Shown here: positions 13,209 to 27,200 of the stretch, in pieces | Position numbering within the stretch: the stretch's first letter is position 1 | How the letters are laid out: every line of letters begins with the position of its first letter | DNA from: Balanoglossus misakiensis | Taxonomy: Eukaryota; Animalia; Hemichordata | Assembly: GCA_040954595.2 (NCBI GenBank) | Contig: CM082578.2 | Span: 9,347,519 to 9,411,518 of the forward strand | Reading direction: 5' to 3' | DNA length: 64,000 nt | Position numbers and translations under genes: made by a program | Notes under the pieces: generated by a model | What the model was told of the DNA's origin: nothing | Seen by the model: only the letters and a program-made list of their open reading frames with translations | Databases searched by the model: none

Positions 13209-15501
13209 GTAAGTGAACTGTGAACCTTCCAGTAAATACACTCGATTTACAAACAGACAATGGCTGATTGAAGAGAGGGATGAAAAAGCGGTTAAAGAAA
13301 ATGACAGATATTAAAGGTTATACTGAAAGTGGTATAAATGAACATGCAAAGCCATTTTTTATTTTTTTGAAATTCTGCCCACGGCAGGTTCCTTGAATAG
13401 TCGATACATTCTTCGTCTGATGCCCATTGTTCTAAGTAAGCTGGTAAGCTTAAATCAGACAGTTCGAAACACAAAGAAATTTTCTGGTTGACTGGTAAAC
13501 TTGGGCAGTCTGAAGGCGAGAAAACAAAAGAAGAGGTTAGACTCTACTAGAACATTAGTGATGAACACAACGCGCAGAGTGGCACAACGTACACGTTAAT
13601 TTAGACTTGAATCGGTGACTTTCAAGTAACTGAGTAACCCTCACCTCATGTATATACCTGGTCATTGATACCAATCACGTCATCGGGTGTACACATGCAT
13701 CAAGTAAAAAAAAACAATCACGGTCGTCAGATTGTTATCGGAAACCAATCACTTTCAAGTCTTATCAACACCTGCGGTATCGTTTGCTTTGTACCTGTGC
13801 GCCTATTATGCCTTTGGTCGATCGATGGCACGCTTTTTGAATAAATATTATGACGAAAATCAAGAACCGAAACATCTCCTAGATGCATTCAGTCAGTTTG
13901 ATTATATGTTGACAAAGAAACCAGCCCATCATTCCAATCGTTACTACACGTAGATAATAAACTGATCAGCAAACTCATATAAGTAAATATTCCAGCAAAG
14001 ACAATTTATCAGCGTCGATCGGACACGCATGAAAAAATTATGGGCCCTCACGGTGTCATATAGCCACAATGCGTGGGAGGTGTGTAAGTACCACCCTACC
14101 TCCTCAACGACGCCCTAATTTCAGGTAAAATCTCGCGAGAGAACTAGGGATTCCATAAACAGTGTATCTTTTTTTCTGATCGCGATGAAAAACAGTTGAT
14201 GCGGCAGCCGGTAATCTCCCCGTCTGCTTTGCTATCAATAATCGTTATCTTGTTTTGGCATGTACCGGAAAAGGATCAGAATTGAACTTAAGCCCATGTT
14301 AGAGGTTTACATTGTATAAGGATTATTAACTACTAAATACCCGTACATTTTCTGAACAGTAAGCTCACACTTAGATTAATTGACGATAATTAAATGTTTT
14401 TAATGGGTAATTTGGACTCGCTGACCCCAATTAATCACTCAGTAATAATTAGAGAGGAACACTGTTATGTTATTGGAAACGTGATCATAATCTTACAACC
14501 TCCAACCCGAAACATTTTTCCTCATTTACGATATTTGACGGAGGTATTGAAATTAGGGGAGCAGCTGATGAAGAAAATAAACGTGTTTAAAATCTCCCGA
14601 CAGTGGAATTTGCCATCCCGTATGCCACAGTGCGGAAAGCTGTGTTTCTATGCAGGCACATAACAAGGCAAGTCCCGAATGGACCACAAGATCTGTCCAG
14701 ATAAATCAAAAAAATTTTTTTTTTGCGTTCTCACACCTAAAACATGAGCTACTGGGCGAGAAAGTAGTATTTCGAATAAAGTGCGCTTTCTATTTGATTA
14801 TTGACACAATAAAAGATTACGGACTATAAACCCGTATTATGTAAATACGTTATTCATTGAATGCGCAACAGCGGTACGAGTGGGTCATTAATCAGGCGGG
14901 AACGAGGAACGCCCTCACGAAGATCCGAAACACGGCTCTATTCTCCATCAGGGATATAAAATTGATGTACGCCTCGGTGTAGCAGTCTCGGACCCTTACG
15001 CAGAAGAAAGCGACTTTACACGTATGAATGCCCCGCTCCGCGTGGAGACACGTCGTATTTTCTCATCAGCGCAGCAATTTCAACAGCCATGTGTGTTATA
15101 AATCAGCACGCCGATGCGTTGCCCCAGCGTCGTAACTCACCATGCAAGCCGCATCGGCACGGTGGTGGCCGCTAAGACGTGAAGTTGTTAACACTGCGGG
15201 CGAAAGAGGCAGCGCAGTTCCAGCATGGAATACTGATTGCATGTTTGCTGATACTCGGGTTGAATGTTACCGGTTTGTTTCGCCGTGCACTAGTGTGACG
15301 GAGCACTGTGGGTTGAAAAAGTACTCCGCGCAGCCGCTCTTCGTGTGAACGACACACTGTCATCCCTGCAGCCGGAGTGGATTCATATTAGTCATGTACG
15401 ACAGATAGGCCTAGCCGGGGCCCAGTAGCGACTGCATAGGAGCTCACACATATCACCTCGGTCGAGAAAAAGTCTGGACCTCAACGCTCGCCGTCTGTAC
15501 A

Positions 15502-17166
15502 ATGTCCTGGAATAAAACCTGTGAGGAATGGACAGCACTTTCGCGAAGAGTTACCACGGCAAAAATATCCTTGCCGCCCGACGAGAGCCTTCTCGCTCCA
15601 CCACAGATGTTTACACTACCCGAGTACTGCGTCGACAACGCGAGCCGTTGGAACACCACGGCGGACTTCGAGCAGGATTTCTCCATCTCCCGACCCAAGG
15701 TCTTGGTGGGCGTCATAACGGTGGTCCTGTCGTTCATCACCCTGGTAACCGTCGTGGCAAATTTGATGATTTTGCTGGCGTTTCTCACGGCGCCAAAACT
15801 ACGCAAGCCGACGAATTACTTCTACGTGAGCATGGCCGTGTCAGACTTCGCGGCCGGGTTGCTCGTTTTGCCCTTAGGAGTTTACGACTGGTACCAGAAC
15901 GAGTACTGGAGGCTGGGAAAGGTGGCCTGTGTGTTCTGGGTGACCATGGACTATTTTCTGTACACCGCCACGGCGTACATCATGTGCGCGATATGCCTGG
16001 ACCGCTACCTGGCCATCTTTCACAGCTTCCGATACCGGCGGAAACGCTCGGGTAGGCTGGTGCTCAAGTTTATCATAGTCGCTTGGGTGGTGGGCTTTCT
16101 CGGCGAGGTGCCCGCCACGACTCTTTGGGAAACCTTTGCCGGGAACAGCACCATAGACTACGAAGAGTACTGCGACGTGGAGTTCGCTGACCACTCCGTT
16201 TACACCTCTGTGAAGATGTTCTTCTCGCCGATCTTTCCGTGTGCTGTCATTTTTGTGTTATACCTTCGCATTTACATCACCATTCGGCGGCGATCAGTAC
16301 GGAGGAAGGCGAGCCTCGACAAACTGTTGATGACGTCAGACACGAGGGTTTTCACTTCCTCCCAGCGCGTGGTCGTCTACGAGAAGTTGAGCTCCAAGAG
16401 GACGGAGTGGGTAAAGTTGACGAGAAAGTCCTCGGTAATGGCCGACTTCAAAAGAAGTGTGTGCAGGGAAAGTGTGCAGGACTTGCAGGCTGGTCGGCTG
16501 GGCGAGGACCGCGACGGAGATACTCTCGCCAGGGAAAGTGCAAAGGCGTGGAGGAAACCGATGGACGTTCGCGAGACTGTGCTCCGCTCGGAGAACAACG
16601 ACGCCGTCGGGCGCGACCGCGTTGCTCGCAAAGTGTCCACCACGCAAACGGACAACCTCGACGCAAACGGTGACTCCCCGGTGTCTTTGAAACGCGGCGA
16701 GGACAAGTTCGCGCCCGCCGCGGCCGAGGCGAGTGAAATACTGCTGGACGACTCAAGCGACAAGCGTGAAAGCGAACAATCCACGTCAAAGTTGGACAGC
16801 GTGGGTCTACAGACATCCCTGAGAAAGGAGAGCATATATCAGGACAGCCCGGCTCACTCGTACGCCCGCGGTTACCGCTCCAAACACATCGTCAGACAAT
16901 CGTCCAGCGATCGTCGGGCGGCCGTGCTTCTGACCATACTGGTCGGGTTCTTCTTGCTTTCATACGTACCGTGGGTGGTGATAAGTATTTACGAAGCGAT
17001 TCGGCCCGACCAATCTCTGCCCTTTACCATTTACACCGTGGCCGTCTGGCTGCAGTACGTCAATTCTCTAATCAACCCGTTTCTCTACGTCTACCAGGAT
17101 CTCGAATTCAGACACGCGGTTGCCGCTGTCTTGAGAAGGCCAAAGATTTTACTCTGTATGTCTTAG
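15502..17166 (+). CDS. Intronless class A (rhodopsin-like) aminergic GPCR, histamine H3/H4-muscarinic-like, 554 aa
   Basis: Seven hydrophobic segments. TM1 VVANLMI, TM2 MAVSDF, TM3 C...MDYF (Asp3.32) and DRY, ECL2 CDVEF, long ICL3, TM7 WLQYVNSLINPFLY (NPxxY), N-terminal N-glycosylation sequons. TM3/ECL2/TM7 wording is closest to H3/H4-type receptors. Confidence 0.92.
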   Translation: MSWNKTCEEWTALSRRVTTAKISLPPDESLLAPPQMFTLPEYCVDNASRWNTTADFEQDFSISRPKVLVGVITVVLSFITLVTVVANLMILLAFLTAPKLRKPTNYFYVSMAVSDFAAGLLVLPLGVYDWYQNEYWRLGKVACVFWVTMDYFLYTATAYIMCAICLDRYLAIFHSFRYRRKRSGRLVLKFIIVAWVVGFLGEVPATTLWETFAGNSTIDYEEYCDVEFADHSVYTSVKMFFSPIFPCAVIFVLYLRIYITIRRRSVRRKASLDKLLMTSDTRVFTSSQRVVVYEKLSSKRTEWVKLTRKSSVMADFKRSVCRESVQDLQAGRLGEDRDGDTLARESAKAWRKPMDVRETVLRSENNDAVGRDRVARKVSTTQTDNLDANGDSPVSLKRGEDKFAPAAAEASEILLDDSSDKRESEQSTSKLDSVGLQTSLRKESIYQDSPAHSYARGYRSKHIVRQSSSDRRAAVLLTILVGFFLLSYVPWVVISIYEAIRPDQSLPFTIYTVAVWLQYVNSLINPFLYVYQDLEFRHAVAAVLRRPKILLCMS

Positions 17167-18176
17167 CACAATTTGAGTCTCAAATTCGTATTTGTATAAA
17201 AGTAGCTTTCTAAACTTTTTTCTGCCGTTGAAAGCCACTTTGGATCAAGAATCAATGTCGGAATCTCATGGTTATTTACGATGATGTGGTGACGTGGTTT
17301 TCAGATTTGTCCAATCCGCTCGTACGGTTGCAGTAATATGTGAAAGATTTGTGATGAACATTCTTGGGTCGTTGATTTCTCGACCATTCGACACTCGAAT
17401 TGTCAAGGAATCGCGACCTTCACATCTTCTTACGTGTACTTGCTGTTGATGGGTCATTGTGTTCATTTATAGCTGTCAGTGTAATGTGCAGACTTTGCTT
17501 GTCTTATTGCTCCGCAGACACTATCTCACTTTCGGCTGAAAATACACTCTTACGTTTCGCTCAACACACTCGAATAATAATGAGGACGTCTGCACGATTT
17601 TTGATGTGATCAGATATAAAAAAATGAGTCATTGATAAACTATGGTACATGTATCTGCGTATGGTGTGGATTGTTTGACGCACGAAAAACTAATTAGTAT
17701 CGCCGAGCCGACTCTTCTGCTGATGTAGCTTGACGCGGGCGGAAATTATCGCATTTTCCAGCAGGATGGAGACTCTACGTTTCCGATATATAAGGTCTGC
17801 CGCACAGGGCACTAGGATATTGTCGCTGCGTCAATATTAGTCATGTCTGGGGATAAAATCATAATATCACTGACGTCGGTAATTCTTTTCAGTAATGATG
17901 TCAACCGTGTGTGTTTTAACGTTTTAAAAACAGAATACAGAACATTTGGACTTTTTTAACCGCACCCGCAAAATGGCACTATTACTGTCGTTCGGTCCGC
18001 CGGTAGTTCTTGAGGCTATGTTCATCTCCAGGGATAAGCCCATTCGTGTGCAGGATGGATCACACTGGCTTTTCTTGTCACGTGATTAAAAGGCTTGGCG
18101 TGCCCGTGCAGCACAGTAATACACGCCTCTGGCTGCGGTAGGTAGAGCTGGCTAAAGATACTGCATTAGGCGCTTC

Positions 18177-18249
18177 CGTGTTGAGTAAAAGCTTTTGTGG
18201 GAAGCGCTCCCGTGTTGAGTAAAAGCTTTTGTGGGAAGCGCTCCCGTGT
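18177..18249. repeat. 34-bp tandem duplication
   Basis: CGTGTTGAGTAAAAGCTTTTGTGGGAAGCGCTCC at 18177 and 18211, plus a partial third copy. Each unit contains the palindrome AAAAGCTTTT. Confidence 0.9.
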
Positions 18250-21200
18250 GCAAATCACGTATTTATAACGTCAGTAGTCTGATTGAATTTGACCAGATTG
18301 ATGTAAGCGCAAACTGTGGCTGACGTTGGTAGCTCTCTATACACTGCGAAAGAAATGGAAAATTACGAATATCAACAAATGCATGATCGGTAATATACGA
18401 AAGTTTTTTCGTGGAAACATTTTTTTCAGCAAACATTTATGCACAGTCCAGTAGCAAAGTCGTTAATTTCGTCTTCTATAATGTTAACTACTAGTATTAG
18501 AACACACCTCATCCGTAATCTGTGTTGTGATTCGCCAATGTGCAGTCACGTGGGGTGCGTCAATTTGGCGCACTCCAGAAAGACGGCGATGAAGAAATCC
18601 ATGACATTTTTAGAAAGATGCTTTGTCATCTCTTCGACTTTCTTAACGTGTTGTGTTTTGCTTCTTGTGTGCCACATTCACATTTCGTTCACGTACGACG
18701 TTCGTTAGTCTTTTAAACGAATTTACCGTGTAACAAGAGGATCGCTTCTTCACCAATTTTCTAGTCTCTTGTTGTCAGATTAATGAACTCTATCTTGCTC
18801 AGGGATCAATGCACCCGTTTTTTATGTAGGCGGTGTTGTAACCAGAATCTGATTCTGGCTTCGGTCTCTTTCTTCCTTACATGTATTTACACACAGCCAC
18901 CTAATGATTTCGAGTTAACGCGATCGTTTCCTCCTGAATCTTTTGCTTACTTGTTCTGCCCTAATGCGACGACGTGTGATTTTAGTGAATAATAGTGAAT
19001 TCACCTGCGTTGACGTGACGAATTAGGCGATGTGCCGAAATGGAGCCATCAACGGAGCCGTTTCTGCCATCGATGCGCAAAGCACCGTTTAATTTCTCCA
19101 TCTGCAGTCTGGACACGTTAACCGTAGCGTTACATGTACGTTTCAGACCTAAATGCCTTCTCAATATGGTCTACGAAACGAAAAGTAGACAGACATGTTG
19201 CACATAAAGAGTGTTTCAAGCTTAGGTTTGAGTGAAAAGCTCGATATGAATTAGCAGTTCAGTCTTATAGAAAAAAACAAATGAAGTTTTGGCACATGAT
19301 TTTATTGCGTTGGGGGTCTACACGTACATGTGGGGGCATCACCAAACAACGAACCAACACCTATCAGCACATTTCTTCTGTTGAACTACACTGACATGTA
19401 TAGCACCTGTTTTTGTCGATTCCGCTATCTGCTCCGAAGTCTTCCCTCGGCAGAAATAAATTCATCGTGGCTGGCACGACTACGTGCGTAAACTCGCAGA
19501 GGAAGTATGTGAGAGCGTAACCACATGGGACTGCACGAGTCAAAACAGTATAAAGTATTAATTCTGTGACAATTGGAAGCGGCCTATCAGCGATTTTTTC
19601 ATTATGATTCTTCGCTTGATTTATTTATTACAAGTTAATTCAAAATTTACTGGTGGTTATTTATTAAGCAATTGAGAAGCAATAATAACTCGTATAATTG
19701 CATTGTAAAATACAGAATAATAAGAGCCAAAACTCGGAAATGAGCTTTCATATTGATTTAAAACTGTTTGGAATCATCACTCTCAGATATGTGGAAATGT
19801 TAGGTTGGGTTTCGACGTCCACTGAAAAAATGAGCGTGTTTGAGAGATGTTTATTTATCTCGAATCTCGAAAACGTGTAAACTCGAAGATGTGGCACAGC
19901 ATAAGGATTACCATAGCTACAGGGAATTCCCTAAGGACATGATAATCTTTTCTGGGGCAAAGGTTGTTTTGGTCTTCGACATTCACAGGTCTGCAGACAG
20001 CCAGACTTTTGTAAGACTACAGTTGCACCATGGGTAATTTCTGTTCGTATATTTAGAGCAAGCACGTGTATAGCACTTTACCGTGTTGAAATTCGCCCAT
20101 CCACTCCCACGGTGATATGGGAAAGCAAAGAATGTGGTCTGGATATATTGTCCGAAAACCTTCAATATTTGTACTGTATTAAAATGGCATATGACTTGCG
20201 TAATACGGTTTTGAATTTATCAAATATAATCAAGAAAGATGCCTACACCATCCCCTTCTTATTTTAACTCATTTCATATCTTACTAGTAATTTATTGATA
20301 TGAAATGAAAAAGAGGTTGACATTTTCCAGAGTTTGACATGTTTTTTGACATTATAGGTACATTTTAATCATGGTCTCTAAAGTATTCTAATCGGTATCA
20401 TCTGAACTATTTCCTTTCTCTGACCTGCGCAACAAATTTAATCACATCTCTGAGCGTCGGAAACTTTCCCGGTATAGTTGAATTTGTTGCCCTATGATCT
20501 TCTCGAAGTAGTCGTGCTACTACCGCGCATTCTCAGGAAAATAATTCGATGATATATTGTCAGCTTGGTATAAGCTTAATGTGACATGTTCTGTTCTGTG
20601 GGTGCACATTTTCTGGGGGCACTGAAGCGCAATAATTACGTGAAGACACCAAACTGTCTAACAACTACAGGACTCGATAACAATCTGGTAATATATTTAG
20701 AACGCAACTCAAGAAGTTGTGACCAAGCGATTCGGTCTCTCAACACTTCTTACTGATCACTGAAGATGCTTGTGGGGTTCGCGTCAGTATTTCTCAGAAT
20801 TTTTCTAACTTTCTTAGAATTTTTAACTTGCAATTTAAACAATCTAGCCAATGAGAACAACGATCGTTAACATTTGATCGGCGATTGTGAAAAAGTTGTC
20901 TTTTGAAAATTCTGAGACATGATTTCGTCTACAGTATACACAATTAAACGACCATCAGTTGTACAGTTACACTTTTAAAGCATGTTTTTAAATTATCAAT
21001 CAAATATTTCAGGTATTGCAAATTTTGGTGACACAGATCAAAATTCACAGAAAAGGCTTTCCATGATTGATATATGGGTCTTTACTGTAAAAAATAGTTT
21101 GACTAAAAATATGCGATTAAAATAGGTTGTCACGAACCTCAAAAGCTATCTGAATTGGCGCCATTAATTGCTGCTAATGGTTCCAATTAACTGTAATTAC

Positions 21201-24200
21201 CACCCGACTTGTTCTGTTGTCCTTAACCTCAAGAAATGACCTCAATTCTGGCATCGTTGCTTGGCACGCCATTAAAAAAGATACAATTATGATCGACGGA
21301 AGCATGGAGAAATATCCACAGCTATTTTTTGTTTGGATTTGTGAAATATGTATCTAATGAGCATGCACATACACCGAGCCATCGCTGTATAATGAGAGCA
21401 TCTCCAGTTTCGGCGTTCTACGCTATCATTATATGCCACCTCTGTACTTAGAATAGATTTTTCAATAAAATATTTCACACTTCTGAAGTGAATTATAGCC
21501 GCCAACTGTTAAAAATTGATTCATAATTTGTCGCACGATTTAATGCGCCCGAGGTTCTGTAAATAAAAGTCGTCGCTTTGAACTGTAGCTTCTGCGTACA
21601 TTCCACTCCGGTTTTCAGCAAATCAAAGCATTCGTAAAATCTTCAGCACTGTTTCTTTGGGGAACTCATGATATTTTCATTTCAAAAGCATTTCGTGGGC
21701 AGGGTGTTTCCCCCCCCCCCCCTTCACAGCCTCTTTTAATGGTCGGTGGCAACGTTTAAGGGCGACTAGCGGTCTCCTTCATCATACGTACGTGTAATGG
21801 CTGTTATATATGATTATGGAAATAAAATGGATTGCTGAGTCAACGCCACTCACTTACTGTAAAAGGGGTGCAATAATTCCATAAAAAAGTATAATGGACT
21901 TCACACTTCGCAAGGTCATACGTTAACCAAGCAACATTTTTATCGTTTCTCCCGCGCGATACATTCATCGATATCCATTGTGCTGGAATATTATAGTGTT
22001 GTATGAAATTAGTTACCTTGCATGCACTTCAGAACATGTAAAATTGAGCACTTGTGCCACTAATAGCCAAGCAACACGGCAATGAAATTAATCACACTGA
22101 ACTATTTTGCATATATTTGCATTGTTTTTTCGTGTTCATTTGTTGGGGTGGGGGTCATCTTGGGACAGACAGCATCGACTTTCACAGATGTTACAGATAT
22201 TTTATCACACAGAAGTATACAAGCTCAAGAATGGAAGGAACACTTGAAACGATTCCCTTTCTTAACTAATCACTAACAATTATCCACAACATGATCAGAT
22301 TATGTTTATTTGGTTTGCACATGCGAAATGTGTTATTGCTGGATACATAGACTCGGGGACTTCTGAGGAGAGAATATGCGCATGATATAGAAATATTGAA
22401 TTCGGCTGGGCATATTTTTATGCAACAATGTTAACTTGGGCATGGGGCCTAGGAGTTTCTTATCATTGAATCTGTTGTGTTGTTTTAAACGTGAGAACGC
22501 GTTCATGTCAAATAATAAGGGGTGAATCGGACGCAGGTGGTTTTTAGCAAATTATGCAGCGAGCAAATTTATCATGTAATGTACATTAGTAAATCAAAAA
22601 GTCTGATAAGTCATTAATCTAATGGACGAATGCGTGGTTTTTCAAGATTAATCTCGAAGATAAAATAAACCAAATGGATCGAACTGCGGACGTCGTTAAG
22701 ACAAGTCGAGGAAGAAAAATATCTGTCTCGCACGTCATCATTGCATTAAAAGGTGACACGTGATAATATCAAACAGGGACCTTTTAATATGGAATGTGTT
22801 CCGCAACGTATATTCTCCTGATCAACGATTGAGATTGAATGCCGGGGTTAGAGCGAAAGACCCCTGGCCCAGAATTCAGTACGTCCGGAACAAGTACAAC
22901 GCAACCAAATCTACATAAATTACTGTTGCTTTGGTTTACTGGAGTCCGATGGGTAAATGACTGGGAGTGACTGTCGTAGAACCGTCCATTCATTAGCGAT
23001 TCTTTCTTTTTTAATATCACCGGCAAATGAAGGTAGACAAGGAAAAGCTGAAAGTGCTTGGGCAAGCGTACTCTGACGTCAGAAGTAAAGCAAAACACGT
23101 GACGCATGCTGTGCTGCCATGACGTCACAAATTGATTACTTTCTGATGTCACCATTTCTTCGAGTATGTTGATACTAGACGTTTATGTTGGTATCACTAC
23201 GGGAGTGGATTCTCTCTGTGTCACTGGTTCAACTCTCTTTCAAGTACATTGCCCCCTGGCATAATTTCTACGACATCATTGAATTTTCAGCGTACAGTAG
23301 TTACAACCTTTATAAAACTATAGTGTTGTGCGGCTATATGTGGTTTGTCTCTCCGATACATGATGGCATCGATGAGTAGCGCGTTAATTAATAATCGAAC
23401 AACTTCCTGCGTCGAAGGAATGCCGTCACCTATGCAAATGTAATTAAACTTACTGTGGCAAATTGATATCTAGCCAATCACATATTGTTAGTGGTACACG
23501 CGAAAAAGAGCGCCGTCATATGTTCTTTAGAACACTCAAATACGCCATTCCAGCCGTATATGAGCGGACGCATAGTAGAGGTGTCCGCATACCTTTAATG
23601 ACCAAGCCTTCAGCGTTACCAACTCAGACCATTGATACTGCAAGCGAGTGAGCATTGAAACTGAAGTTGTCAACAAACTGGGCAACAGGGCATAGAGTCG
23701 AGCATAAATCACCGACAAACAAGGCTTTCTGCATTATCCGACAGTTAATTTCCAACCCTGTAATTATTCACGGCGTTGAGTTATAGCCTCTTTATCAATA
23801 TGCTGCAATTAAGCGTTATTACCAATATAATCAGCCTTATTATATTCGATAAGTAAACAGGCCATCGTGTGACGTGTGTTCAGCTACACTCGTCACTTGT
23901 ACCACTGAAAGATCGCAAATAAAGCGACGAAATACTTTGTTTTGCAACATATTTTATGAGTTAATAATATTTTCTTAATACGTATTGAACGCTGCATTGA
24001 ACCGTTTCGTCAGGCACTATGGTGCTGTCGCAAGCCGGTGTCGTTAAATTGAGTAAATTGAATTTCAAGGTAAAAGACCCATGTGGCGTGGCCCATGTCA
24101 ATTCGGATTCTGTCAACACCGTTAAATGGGTCTGTAAATTATTATCCAATGTTTTACCAAAGCTGTCCCGTGGAATAACGTCTTTTTAATTTGATGAGTG

Positions 24201-27200
24201 TCATGTATCAGCGGGACTGACGGATCAAAAACCGTGATGCCAGCATTTCTTTGTGTCTGAATCCCATTTTCTTCGCCTTAAACTTCTGTTGTCAGTGCTT
24301 TAGGGTGCGTTCACTGACTCTATCTGTTCTTATACTGCTTGCACCGGTTGGCACGGACAACCGTTAACCGCCTCGACCGCGCGTTAAAACTGCAGCCACT
24401 GTGCTCCAATTTAAAAGGGAAAACGTGCCCCCAATAACTTCTATTTACAGTTTTATTTAAAGGCGCACTTGCCGATAAGTAAATAGTCGGCAGCGAGCAG
24501 GACCTTGGCAACTCACAGACAGCTTGACGATATTTGCCGGGCGGGAAAACCTTGGGAATCGCCCTGACGACGGAAAGACACGGAGAATTTCAAGTCGCGT
24601 ACACTTCCAATAACCATTTATATCTGGCGACGAGTGAAAGTTCTCACCTGGGCTGTTTTGCCTTTTATAGTCGATTCCCTCATAAAACGCATGCGTGAAA
24701 TGAAATCTCTATGGCCCCGGTTAATTTTGAGGCGGAATAACATTCGGTTCGGTTGACGCACGTCCTCCATGCGTGTGTCTTTCTGATTGTCGTGGGTTCT
24801 GGGTTCCAAGGAGCTGCACTGCTTTTTTCTTTCGCCCGCAAAAACTAAATTATTTTGCCGCCTGTGGACGTGAAGAACTGACTACAAAATTAGCGCCACG
24901 CCATGCTTTTTGTTATTTTAACGCGTCACGTTTAACATTTTACTAAATGGAACCACCCGCATACACGATATACCTGAAAAGTGCGCAGCTTTATCCAGTT
25001 GCCGTGGTTACCAACTAAATGCAAGAGATAAGACGCGATACACTGATTCTACACCGAACATCCCCTTGACCATGACATCCGGCGTATATACACAGAGATT
25101 GCATTAACCACCACAAGACCTTCACGTTCACATCAGTCGACCCCGACTTATCGCCGACTCTTTACTATAGTATTTGTTGTACGCTGCGAATGACATTTCA
25201 TCCGCCGGATACGCTCGATTGTTCAGTGTACACGGCGAATTTCATCAACCCATTAAATCATTATCGGGATAAGTCAGTCTATATAATTTTGTCATAATCA
25301 AAGACACCATCGACGATATGAGTACATTGCCCAGCGTATACTTTACTAGCTGCGCCGCTCTTGAATTGAACCGTTTGACATGTCGCTTTAATAGCGGCGT
25401 TGACGGTACAACACCATCGCCAGTCAAATTTAGAAAATTTAATCACGTTGACTTTTTTTATCAGACACACTAATGCACATCATAATCTTTGAAGTGGCCC
25501 ACCGCGCCGTGTCGGTCTTATCAATGTCGCCCCCAAACCAAGGCGCGGTTGCCAGGACAACACTAAAAGATGACATCCCATACTGCAACACTGACAAAAA
25601 ATGGCGCGTGAAAGGGTAGAGTTGCTAGCAAGATGAAGGCAGGGAGTACCCGGTTATGTCACTTTCTTCGCTCGATGCCAACATCCCGCGGCAGTATTTA
25701 TTTCCGCATAATAATGATAATACCATACCGCTTAATATGAAATTGTCTCATGGCAGATTAATTTGGTGAAACCAATAGTGAGTATAGCTAGTTTAATTAC
25801 AACATGGCAATAAACGTTTTGACGGAGAAGCCCTGAAATCCAGGAGGGGTCAGTAATTTCAAAGTAAGAATATCAAGTTCATTAGTATTTATCCTAAATG
25901 CGCGACAGACATTCAATTTGACTTGTTTACACGGAATCTTGCTATCACACCAACTATGACAGCCGTCGTAATCTTTTAATGAAGATTCGTGTATTGCATA
26001 AAACACGGCATTGGACAGATGATTGCAGTAACAAGGTTCACCTGAACCCAAGATAATTCAAACTGTTCAAGCGTAACTACATGTTACAGTAGCTTTATTT
26101 GTGTTTTTTATGCAATCGTCGCTCCAGGCATAAAATGGTATTCAAACATTTCCTGTTTGTAGCTAAAATTGGAATATCAGTCAAGAAGTACAGAAAGTAC
26201 TCATAAAAACATCTGACTTACACTATAGAAAGTTGTACAGTAGGGCAAAATTCACGACTCTATAAAAAAAGACTACAGGTATAACGCCTCCTCGCGGTGA
26301 ATGTTGTACAACCGTCATTCTGACAAAGGTCAAGTTCATGACGCCATCTCAGACTTTTATGGTATATTTGGTTACAGCCAAACGTTTACGAGCCTTGAAC
26401 TTGTTGAATAACAGACGGTGGAGGACGCAAGGGCACAGGTGGACGATGTCGAGACAGAGTTAACGATGGCCGGACAAAGAAATACTCAAAACAATTCCTT
26501 ATAAAAGCCTGTTATGTCAACGTTAGTTCTGACGGTGTGCGTGTCGCATTTTCAGCTTTTCTTCGGGGATGATATTAACAGTGGCAAAATATTCTTTAAT
26601 TTTGTCGCCAGGAGCAGCCGAGGCCTTAACTTGTGGCGGACAGCACAGCAGCCTGTGGCGAGTCGCTCACACATTTGGTGGTTTATGCTCCGGAATCTCG
26701 ATTTTAAGCGCCAACGGATTCTTTCGCCTATTGCTCCTGATGACTATGTGCTACCACGGCACACATAACGGTCTCCGTCTCTCTCGCGCACACACGTGCC
26801 CCTCCGTCAACACACACTGATTTACGGCATTGTCTTTTAATTCAGCAGTTAATCAACTGAATGAGTAAATTTAAAAGAAATGGGTTAACAATTTTAATTA
26901 ATATATTGGAACGGTACAAGTTCTCTTTACAAGGCTGCCGTGGGCGACTACAGAAAGCGGTGACTAAATCATCTTGTGTTAAGCGTCCATGGCTTCATAC
27001 CGTAGCTCAGTACGGGTTACCACCTGTCTCTTTCGTCAAAAAGGAACTGGGGCGAACGATAAACTGTTCACTGTCTGTGTCGCTTTGGCCTAAATATGTA
27101 AGCGCCACTAAAAAGTTGGAGGAGGCAAACAAGAACTCCCATGGCCAGTCGGCAGTTGTGAAGCGAACACGTGAATTATTCCCCAAAAGCATATTTTCCC

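Noticed and set aside
15453-16835. Several 100-175 aa alternative-frame and antisense ORFs over the GPCR
   Set aside because: Expected shadows of a GC-rich coding sequence; no motifs.
18177-18249. 34-bp repeat with internal palindrome resembling a CRISPR repeat
   Set aside because: Copies are adjacent with no spacers, there are no cas genes, and the context is eukaryotic.
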